A stretch of 51,747 bases of DNA from Bacilli bacterium. Lineage in GTDB: Bacteria; Bacillota_I; Bacilli_A; RFN20; CAG-826. Below are positions 17,067 to 23,698 of the stretch, piece by piece. Location: NCBI GenBank assembly GCA_024687185.1, contig JAILEX010000080.1, positions 1 through 51,747 of the forward strand. The letters run 5' to 3'. Each line of letters opens with the position of its first letter. Position 1 is the stretch's first letter. Position numbers and translations under genes: made by a program. The notes below the pieces were generated by a model. It had not been told where the DNA came from, ran no database searches, and saw nothing but the letters and a program-made list of their open reading frames with translations.

Positions 17067-19466
17067 TTATTTCCTCTTCTTTATTCCAGGGCCGAACAAG
17101 AATGTTAGGATCGCCTTTGTCTTTTGGTTGTTCGCGAAATGGACGATGGCGGCGATATACCTTTGCCTGATGCCCTGCATGACCATGCTGCGAAGCGGGA
17201 GTTCCATCAAACCCCTTTGCAGCAGTTTTCCCTCGGGGCCTGTGAAATCAAGCCTATCGTTCGCCATTTTGATGATCTTCTTCCCAACGTAGGTGTCTTT
17301 GATGTCGCTGACGGTGGAATTGAGCGTATAGGGGCGTTGGCGGCTGTCCCTGGCTAGGGGGACGGGCCTTCCCAAAAGGGCTTCGAAATCGTTATCGTAA
17401 CGCAGGAACCCATCGGATCCGGGGTTATAGTAAACGGGCAAGGAATAGCGCAAGGAGGGGAATTCGTCCTCGGAGGCCACCTTGATCTTTTTGCTCGATA
17501 TGACGTCGACTGCGCTGGAGGCTAGTTCGACTAGATAGTCCCCACCTTCCACTTTATAGGACTTACTCGATTTGTCGTAATGGGCCAAGTCGGCGAAGGA
17601 GACGGTGAATTCGACCTTTTGGGTGGAACTCGGGTTCAAATGGATCTTCTTAAACGCAATTAACGACCTATCGGGTTTGAAAACGTTGTTCTTATCGGGG
17701 TTGATGTAGATCTGGACTAGGTGGTCGCAGGCGAATTTCGAACGGTTGACCACATCCACGCTGACACCGATGCTTTCGCCTTTGGAAAGGTTCGATTTGG
17801 AAATGGCGAAATTGTCGTAGCTGATTCTTGCGTAGGTTAAGCCATACCCAAAGGGATAGGCCACCTCTTTTTTGACGGTCGTGTAATAACGGTATCCGAC
17901 GTATACGGATTCGCGGTATAGCGATTGGGGCTGCGCGCCTGGATAAAAGCCGAAGGAAGGAACGTCCAATAGATGGACGGGCCAGCTTTCCGCCAGACGG
18001 CCGCTTGGGCATACTTCGTTAAGGAGGATCCTGGCGATAGCCTCGCCGCCTTCTTGCCCAGGCATATAGGCCAAGACGATGGCTTTGGCCAATTTGCGGA
18101 AGGGCAGTTCCACGGGGGCGCCGACATTCAAAATGACGATGATGTCCTTGCCGAAAGCGGCCAATTCGGAGAATAGCCTAACCTGGTTATCGGGAAGCTG
18201 AAGGTCGTTTCTATCATAGCCTTCGCTTTCCACTCCGGGAGGATTGCCTAGGAAAAGGATGATGTTATCGGATTTGCTTGCGATATCCATAGCGTCGATG
18301 GTCATATCGGAATCGGTCGCCTCCGCCTCTAGGCTATAGCCTGGGGAATAAAGGACATCGGGGTTTCTTTCCCTAACGGCGTCGAGGAAGGAGACGACGT
18401 GGGCGGGATTGACGTGGGAGCTGCCTCCGCCGGTGATAAGCATCTCATTGGCAAGGGCCCCGATGATGCAGGTCTTTTTGAAATTCCTCAAAGGAAGCAC
18501 GCCGTCGTTTTTAAGCAAAACGATCGATTTCTCGGCGGCTTGGCGGCAGGTTTCACGGGACTGCTCAAGGGAGAAAGAGGAGCAAGGAACCTTCTTTGCC
18601 TCCTTATTCTTTTCCAATAGCTTTTGGATGCGTAAAGAAGACGCTCTCCACGCTTCGCCCTCGATGATTTTGCGGGTGATTGCGTGATAGAGGTCCTTTT
18701 TCCTATCGACATTGCCAGGCATTTCGATGTCCATGCCGTTATTGTGATTATTGATATAGTCGTTGCTTGCGCCCCAATCGGAGACGACGACGCCCTGATA
18801 GCCCCATTTTTGGTGAAGCAAGCCATCCAATAGTTCTTTGTTATCGCAGGAATATACGCCGTTGATCTTGTTATAGCTCGCCATTAATAGCCAGGGGTCG
18901 GATTCCTTGACGACGATTTCAAAGGGCTTTAGGTAGATCTCGTGGAGGGCCCGTTCATCGACGATGGAGTCGTTGACCATACGGTAGGTCTCCTGCGAAT
19001 TGCATGCGAAATGCTTAACGCATGCGCCGACTCCGGTCGACTGCACGCCCCTAATGAAACTTGCTGCCATCTTGCCAGAGACAAGGGGGTCTTCGGAATA
19101 GTATTCGAAATTACGTCCGCATAAGGGATTGCGCTTGATGTTGCAGCCCGGGGAGAGGATGACGTCGACTTTATGGCTACGGCATTCCGAACCAAGCTGA
19201 ACGCCTAGGGAATAGAGCAAAGACTCGTCGAAGGAGCAGGCCAAAAGGGCGGGGGAGGGATAGCAGGTCGTTGGGGCGAGGTTGCTCGCATCGTCCTTGG
19301 GGCTTTCGTCCCCTATCCCAATGCGAAGCCCAAAGGGGCCGTCGCTTAACCTCACAGAAGGCAGCTTAAGCCTTTTGACCCCACGGATGTGCCAGGGTCC
19401 GTCGCCATAGAAACAGGCTGCGGTTTCGTGTCTAGTTAATTTCGTGCTTTCTCTTTTTTTGGCCAT
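17067..19466 (-). CDS. Glycoside hydrolase family 3 beta-glucosidase/beta-xylosidase-like
   Basis: GH3 blocks are RLSDGPFGLR, NIKRNPLCGRNFEYYSEDP, KHFACNSQE and the nucleophile region GVVVSDWGA, plus a C-terminal FnIII-like domain. I place the start at MAKKRES (19466) rather than the track ORF start at 19550. No clear SD precedes either candidate. Confidence 0.85.
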   Translation of the reverse strand: MAKKRESTKLTRHETAACFYGDGPWHIRGVKRLKLPSVRLSDGPFGLRIGIGDESPKDDASNLAPTTCYPSPALLACSFDESLLYSLGVQLGSECRSHKVDVILSPGCNIKRNPLCGRNFEYYSEDPLVSGKMAASFIRGVQSTGVGACVKHFACNSQETYRMVNDSIVDERALHEIYLKPFEIVVKESDPWLLMASYNKINGVYSCDNKELLDGLLHQKWGYQGVVVSDWGASNDYINNHNNGMDIEMPGNVDRKKDLYHAITRKIIEGEAWRASSLRIQKLLEKNKEAKKVPCSSFSLEQSRETCRQAAEKSIVLLKNDGVLPLRNFKKTCIIGALANEMLITGGGSSHVNPAHVVSFLDAVRERNPDVLYSPGYSLEAEATDSDMTIDAMDIASKSDNIILFLGNPPGVESEGYDRNDLQLPDNQVRLFSELAAFGKDIIVILNVGAPVELPFRKLAKAIVLAYMPGQEGGEAIARILLNEVCPSGRLAESWPVHLLDVPSFGFYPGAQPQSLYRESVYVGYRYYTTVKKEVAYPFGYGLTYARISYDNFAISKSNLSKGESIGVSVDVVNRSKFACDHLVQIYINPDKNNVFKPDRSLIAFKKIHLNPSSTQKVEFTVSFADLAHYDKSSKSYKVEGGDYLVELASSAVDVISSKKIKVASEDEFPSLRYSLPVYYNPGSDGFLRYDNDFEALLGRPVPLARDSRQRPYTLNSTVSDIKDTYVGKKIIKMANDRLDFTGPEGKLLQRGLMELPLRSMVMQGIRQRYIAAIVHFANNQKTKAILTFLFGPGIKKRK

Positions 19467-19587
19467 AACGGTGAAATTATGCCCCTTGTAGGGGCAAAAG
19501 GGAATAACCCTAGAAAAAATGATTCCAGGTTTTATCCTAGAATCATTCAAAATAGTCGAGTTTTGCAGGGTTTTAGGCGAAATTCCG

Positions 19588-20391
19588 CTAAATCTTCATG
19601 TCCTTAAGCAAGAAGCGGAGCGCCTCTGGGCAATTGGCCGCCCAGCTCTCCTCGTTATGGGGAAGCTTGGTGTTGATGATGAATTTTAACTGGTCTTCGC
19701 CAAAGCCGAGGGAACGTAACCTCTTGGCAATCCAGATGTTCCCCTTGGTGAATTTCTTCTCAAATCCCTGCCCGCCGACGAAGATCGCGATCTTGCCTAG
19801 CGTTTTGGGGTCATCCCCCAATGAGTCTAATAAGAGGACCCAATCCGATTTCTTATAGAAGAAGACGGGAATGGAGAAGGAAAGGGCAAAACCAAAGGTG
19901 TCCTTGCGGTAGAAATAGCCATAAAAGCTCATGATGCCACCCATGGAGGAGCCGGCCAAACCGGTATATTCCTTTGTGGGGTTGGTGCGGAAGGTCTTGT
20001 CGATAAGGGGCTTGATCTCATCCGCCATGAAGTCGACGTATTGGTCGCCGATCGGGTTATCCGGTCCACTGACCCTCACGGAGCGCTGAACCTCATAGGG
20101 GGGATTGAGCTCGTTGCTTCTTTGCATCGGATCCTTTGGACAATCAAGACCGACCAAAATCGGAGCGACCACCCCTTCTTTGGAAAGGTCGTGGATGATG
20201 CGGTCGAGATGCCAATCGCCATAGGCGGTCAATTCGTTGTCGACGAGGTTTTGGCCGTCGGCGAAATAGATGACCGGGAAATTCGCGTTTTTGTTTTGCT
20301 TATATTCGGGAGGTAGCCAAACCCTAAGCATCCTTTTCTCCTCGGCGAAGGGCAATTGGACGGGAAGCTCGTAATAATCCCCGTACGCCAT
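19588..20391 (-). CDS. Esterase (putative-esterase / esterase D-like alpha/beta hydrolase)
   Basis: PVIYFADGQN and the nucleophile elbow GLAGSSMGG are present. The likely start is MAYGDYYEL at 20391, with AAGGAA upstream. The 75-aa N-terminal extension of the track ORF is low-complexity and unlikely to be real. Confidence 0.75.
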   Translation of the reverse strand: MAYGDYYELPVQLPFAEEKRMLRVWLPPEYKQNKNANFPVIYFADGQNLVDNELTAYGDWHLDRIIHDLSKEGVVAPILVGLDCPKDPMQRSNELNPPYEVQRSVRVSGPDNPIGDQYVDFMADEIKPLIDKTFRTNPTKEYTGLAGSSMGGIMSFYGYFYRKDTFGFALSFSIPVFFYKKSDWVLLLDSLGDDPKTLGKIAIFVGGQGFEKKFTKGNIWIAKRLRSLGFGEDQLKFIINTKLPHNEESWAANCPEALRFLLKDMKI

Positions 20392-20664
20392 CGTCGATTC
20401 CTTGCCGGGTTTATGGCAAAAGAAAGGGGGATAGGAGGAAAGGGTCGGTGCGTCTTTCCTTTTGGAAGCCCTTGGGGAGGAAGTGGTTGTCTTGGTTTTT
20501 TTACTAGGTGTGGTTGGCATAACGGTTCGGGCGATTCGCCCTGCGCATTTTAGTCCCTGGCAGGAAAAAAGAAAGTCTTTCATTCTCATTATTTTTGTGC
20601 ATAAGGGAAACAACAAGCCACTTTGTGGCTAAATTCCATAAGAAAAGATTATCGATGGGAAAGA

Positions 20665-20691
20665 GGAAAAAAGACCGCCTTCCGACGGTCT
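20665..20691 (-). terminator. Rho-independent terminator after tRNA-Ala
   Basis: The stem pairs AGACCG (20672-20677) with CGGTCT (20686-20691). On the minus strand it is followed by TTTTTTCCTC. Confidence 0.6.
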
Positions 20692-20704
20692 TCTGGGTTT
20701 GAAT

Positions 20705-20780
20705 TGGTGGATCTTGTGGGGCTCGAACCCATGACCTCCTCCATGCCATGGAGGCGCTCTCCCAACTGAGCTAAAGACCC
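20705..20780 (-). tRNA. tRNA-Ala (anticodon GGC), CCA encoded
   Basis: The reverse complement is GGGTCTTTAGCTCAGTTGGGAGAGCGCCTCCATGGCATGGAGGAGGTCATGGGTTCGAGCCCCACAAGATCCACCA. The G3:U70 alanine identity pair is present, and the anticodon stem is CCTCC/GGAGG. Confidence 0.92.
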
Positions 20781-20802
20781 AATTGCTTTTTCAAGCCCGT
20801 TT

Positions 20803-20831
20803 AATCTAGTCGCCTAGTGGGCTCTTGTCAA
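20803..20831 (-). promoter_or_regulatory. Putative promoter of tRNA-Ala
   Basis: On the minus strand, TTGACA (20831-20826), a 17-nt spacer and TAGATT (20808-20803) lie 22 nt upstream of the mature 5' end. Confidence 0.5.
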
Positions 20832-20838
20832 GGGAATT

Positions 20839-21393
20839 TTAATTCTCCTTGGCTTCCCTAACCTCGGTTTCCCCTTCTTTTGGGGCGACGAAAATCCATT
20901 TTTTCCTGCTTAGGTAATTCCAAACCAGGACGATGAGGGTACCAAGCACAAAGATAAGGACCCACATCCAGAAATTGATGTTCCATAGGAAGGACCAGGT
21001 CCCGTCTTTGATGGTCTCGAATATCATCCTCTGCCCTTCGGTAATGGAAATGCCACCGAGATTAAAAAGCAGTTCCGCGCCGATATTAAGCCCCCAATGG
21101 AACAAAAGCCCAATGAAACCTAGACCGACGAATAGCCAGAAGGATTTCTGCGTCTTCGACTTCTTTTTGTCCTTCACGTTTTGGAAGACCCAAAGGACGG
21201 AGAAGACGTAATTGACGACGACGCTTGCGGCGAAACCGCACAAAACGGAGATGATGGTCACCGCGATATCGGGGATACCGGAAATCAAATAGGTCACCAA
21301 AGCCCTGACCCCGGCGTCGACGATCGTGGCAACGACGCCGATCACGACGAAGCGGATGATCTCGAGTTTGACGTTTTTGCTTCTGTCTTTCAT
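20839..21393 (-). CDS. GtrA-family membrane protein (polyprenyl-phosphate-sugar flippase-like)
   Basis: The sequence reads IIRFVVIGVVATIVDAGV...VVVNYVFSVLWVF, with four TM helices. An extended loop and an acidic tail are also present. Confidence 0.7.
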   Translation of the reverse strand: MKDRSKNVKLEIIRFVVIGVVATIVDAGVRALVTYLISGIPDIAVTIISVLCGFAASVVVNYVFSVLWVFQNVKDKKKSKTQKSFWLFVGLGFIGLLFHWGLNIGAELLFNLGGISITEGQRMIFETIKDGTWSFLWNINFWMWVLIFVLGTLIVLVWNYLSRKKWIFVAPKEGETEVREAKEN

Positions 21394-21433
21394 GGCGAAC
21401 GTAGTTTATACCTTTTTCCTTTTTCTGGATAGA

Positions 21434-21464
21434 AACAAAATCCCCGCCCATGGCTAAGGCGGGG
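21434..21464 (-). terminator. Terminator after ppiB
   Basis: The stem pairs CCCCGCC (21442-21448) with GGCGGGG (21458-21464). On the minus strand it is followed by ATTTTGTTTC. Confidence 0.55.
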
Positions 21465-21486
21465 GATAAAAGGAATAAAGACGAAG

Positions 21487-21990
21487 TTACCTAGACAATT
21501 TGGAAACGGGGTTCTCGGGTTCGTCGAATACCTCGACCTTTTCGATGACGACTTCCTTATAGGGCCTATCGCCGCGGTCGGTATCGACGCAGGCGATCTT
21601 ATCTAGGACCTCAAAGCCGTTAATCAGTTTGCCAAAGGCGGCGTATTGGCCATCTAGATGGGGCGCGTCCTTATGCATGATGAAGAACTGGCTGGAGGCG
21701 CTATTGGGATACATCGTCCTGGCCATCGAAAGGACGCCGCGGGTGTGCTTTAGGGGGTTATGGACGCCATTGGCATCGAATTCGCCCTTGATCGTGTAAT
21801 CGATGTTCTTTCCCTTTAGGTCACCCCAACCGCCTTGGATCATGAAGCCCTTGATGATGCGGTGGAAGATAAGCCCATCATAGAAGCCGCTTCTTGCCAA
21901 AGCGACGAAGTTCGCCGCGCTATTGGGGGCGGCTTTATAGTCCATTTCGGCCTCCATGACGCCGAAATCCTTTACGGTGATGCGAATCAT
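21487..21990 (-). CDS. ppiB: Peptidyl-prolyl cis-trans isomerase, cyclophilin type
   Basis: FHRIIKGFMIQGG, LSMARTMYPNSASSQFFI and HLDGQYAAFG are present. Confidence 0.92.
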   Translation of the reverse strand: MIRITVKDFGVMEAEMDYKAAPNSAANFVALARSGFYDGLIFHRIIKGFMIQGGWGDLKGKNIDYTIKGEFDANGVHNPLKHTRGVLSMARTMYPNSASSQFFIMHKDAPHLDGQYAAFGKLINGFEVLDKIACVDTDRGDRPYKEVVIEKVEVFDEPENPVSKLSR

Positions 21991-22164
21991 TTTTCCTTCT
22001 CCTTATTGATTAAGGGTATTTTCCTAGCAATGGGGCTCTTTTTCAATTGAGTAAGCAAAGAATAATGGACGGGGCAAACAAATTGATGAGAGCGCTTATT
22101 TCAACGTGGAAATTCCTAATCGAGATGGTATATTACCCTCGTCGCTTTTTTCCGGAGACCCAAT

Positions 22165-22494
22165 ATGAAAGTAATGCTATTCGCGATTCTCGACCACACC
22201 GAGGCCACCGAGGATCTTCTTCGCCGCCTCTCCAAAGAGGGTTTTAACGGCACCATCATCTCCTCCACCGGCATGCACCACGTCTTGCCTAAGCTAGGCG
22301 GGGAAAGCGTCTCCGTCTCCCTTTCGATGATCGCGGACGACTTGCCTAGCGGCAACCTCACCCTCTATATCGTCATCGACGAGGAAAAGCTAGAGGACCT
22401 AAAATGCGAAATCAGGGAGGCCACGGGCAACTGGACCAAGGTCAAAGGCGGCATGTTCGTCTTGCCTCTACTATCCGTCGAAGGCACGTTCTAA
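22165..22494 (+). CDS. Small cytoplasmic protein with PII-like beta-alpha-beta-beta-alpha-beta pattern (function unknown)
   Basis: 109 aa. A GGAG RBS lies 8 nt upstream, and an extended -10 promoter (TGgTATATT, 22126-22134) precedes it. The alternating pattern is KVMLFAIL / TEATEDLLRRLSKEG / GTIISSTG / long loop / LTLYIVID / EEKLEDLKCEIREA / GGMFVLPLLSVEG. The C-terminus resembles DarA/PstA-type PII-like proteins. Confidence 0.4.
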   Translation: MKVMLFAILDHTEATEDLLRRLSKEGFNGTIISSTGMHHVLPKLGGESVSVSLSMIADDLPSGNLTLYIVIDEEKLEDLKCEIREATGNWTKVKGGMFVLPLLSVEGTF

Positions 22495-22513
22495 TAATTT
22501 CCTTTATAAATAA

Positions 22514-22547
22514 AATGCTTGGGTAATCGGCCCAAGCATTTTTTTCT
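22514..22547. terminator. Bidirectional rho-independent terminator between convergent genes
   Basis: A 10-bp stem pairs AATGCTTGGG (22514-22523) with CCCAAGCATT (22531-22540). TTTTTTT follows on the plus strand, and an A/T-rich flank lies on the other side. Confidence 0.65.
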
Positions 22548-22558
22548 TTTTCTTTTCC

Positions 22559-23248
22559 CTATTTTGCCCTGCGGCTTCTTCTAATCGAGTCCGCAACGGT
22601 GTAATAAAGGGGAATGAGCAGCCATTCCACCCAATAGGGGTGCCATAGTTGCAATCCATAGTAGTTCCCGATGATGCCCGCGCCGCAATAGGCGATGACG
22701 ACCAATACGGGGAAGGCGAAATGGGATGGGTTTTTGGAACGGATCGCGGAGAGAAGGCTATTGATGACGACGGGAAGTAGCAATAAGACCCAGCCAGACG
22801 CCGCGCCGACCCTGCCGCCATCGGGAGTGACCCAGAATATCGCGACTAGGATATAGGCGATGACCGCGAGGGGGCTCATCCATGCCATGGAGACCCAACT
22901 GCTTCTGCCGCGGTCCTGCCCATCGTATTCCTCGTCGTCGTCTTTCTCGTCATCGTCCTCGTCGACGACTTCCCCGACTAGGGTTTCCCTTTCCCCCTTG
23001 CCTTCCTTTTCCATCCTTTTGTCTTCCGCGATATCCTCCACGGATGCATTGGTGTCCAATATCTCGTCGAGGGAGACGCCATAGATCTTGGAAAGGCAAA
23101 TGAGGTTATCGGTATCGGGGGAGGATTCCGCGCGTTCCCATTTGGATACCGCCTGACGCGATACCCCGAGTTTGTCCGCGAGTTCTTCTTGCGATAACCC
23201 CGATTTCTTGCGGAGCTCGAGAAGTCTATTTGCAATTTCGATTGTCAT
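22559..23248 (-). CDS. Membrane-tethered XRE-family transcriptional regulator
   Basis: The N-terminal HTH is RKKSGLSQEELADKLGVSRQAVSKWERAESSPD. It is followed by an acidic D/E linker and about 4 C-terminal TM helices. The RBS is AGGAGG. Confidence 0.8.
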   Translation of the reverse strand: MTIEIANRLLELRKKSGLSQEELADKLGVSRQAVSKWERAESSPDTDNLICLSKIYGVSLDEILDTNASVEDIAEDKRMEKEGKGERETLVGEVVDEDDDEKDDDEEYDGQDRGRSSWVSMAWMSPLAVIAYILVAIFWVTPDGGRVGAASGWVLLLLPVVINSLLSAIRSKNPSHFAFPVLVVIAYCGAGIIGNYYGLQLWHPYWVEWLLIPLYYTVADSIRRSRRAK

Positions 23249-23296
23249 AACGAAGGCCTCCTTTTTTTGTAGCCGCCATTATTGTTCCCAAATGGA

Positions 23297-23326
23297 ATTA
23301 TCCTAACCATACATTGTGGTTTGCAA
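23297..23326 (-). promoter_or_regulatory. Putative promoter of the membrane-tethered XRE gene
   Basis: On the minus strand, TTGCAA (23326-23321), an 18-nt spacer and GATAAT (23302-23297) form the promoter. Confidence 0.4.
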
Positions 23327-23466
23327 GCGCGCAACTATTGGTTTCCCCTCCAAAACGCATGCAAAACCCTCCTTATTTTATATACGCTTGGCCTTATTTT
23401 CCCTTCCTTATAAGGTTTTTGGATAGGCTAGGCCCCTTATATATAGGATAAAGGAAGGAGGAAATG

Positions 23467-23491
23467 AAAAAACCTCCGCGACTGGCGGAGG
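23467..23491 (-). terminator. Rho-independent terminator after tRNA-Arg
   Basis: The stem pairs CCTCCGC (23473-23479) with GCGGAGG (23485-23491). On the minus strand it is followed by TTTTTT. Confidence 0.65.
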
Positions 23492-23504
23492 CTCATTCGT
23501 CAAT

Positions 23505-23581
23505 TGGCGCGCTTGATACGATTCGAACGTACGACCCTCTCCTTAGGAGGGAGATGCTCTGTCCAGCTGAGCTACAAGCGC
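23505..23581 (-). tRNA. tRNA-Arg (anticodon CCU), CCA encoded
   Basis: The reverse complement is GCGCTTGTAGCTCAGCTGGACAGAGCATCTCCCTCCTAAGGAGAGGGTCGTACGTTCGAATCGTATCAAGCGCGCCA. The anticodon loop is CTCCTAA. A perfect TATAAT (23597-23592) lies 10 nt upstream of the 5' end. Confidence 0.92.
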
Positions 23582-23648
23582 AAGCGGGGTTATTATAGAA
23601 AGGTCTAAGAAATTAATCCACTTCCTTTTTCCTATGGTCCTGCCATAA

Positions 23649-23677
23649 TTGCCTTTGCGGGGTTAATCGCTTATGAT
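23649..23677 (+). promoter_or_regulatory. Putative promoter of the 778-aa membrane protein gene
   Basis: TTGCCT (23649-23654), a 17-nt spacer and TATGAT (23672-23677) form the promoter. No SD precedes the ATG at 23699. Confidence 0.4.
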
Positions 23678-23698
23678 TTCCACGTTATCCAGGCAATT

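Noticed and set aside
19451-19466. A7 tract at GH3 codons 3-5 as a phase-variation switch
   Set aside because: Similar A/T7 runs occur elsewhere (for example lepB KKKK, 50814-50821) simply from Lys codons. There is no evidence of length heterogeneity in a single sequence.
19467-19550. N-terminal extensions of track ORFs: GH3 19467-19550, esterase 20392-20616, rpsB 42845-42994, rplS 51331-51420, dxr 37533-37547
   Set aside because: The conserved protein cores begin at internal Met codons that have RBS or ATGA-coupling support. The extensions are non-conserved-looking, Cys/Arg-rich or low-complexity.
20504-20749. 81-aa minus-strand ORF
   Set aside because: It reads through tRNA-Ala and its terminator, so the tRNA call explains the region.
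22047-22247. 66-aa plus-strand ORF overlapping the start of the PII-like gene
   Set aside because: It is in a different frame, has no RBS, and would span the predicted promoter of the 109-aa gene. Its composition is unremarkable.
23464-23598. 44-codon plus-strand ORF preceded by an apparently excellent AAGGAAGGAGGAA-ATG context
   Set aside because: It is antisense to tRNA-Arg and its terminator. The GGAGG is one arm of the terminator-region complementarity (GGAGG/CCTCC), so there is no independent support.
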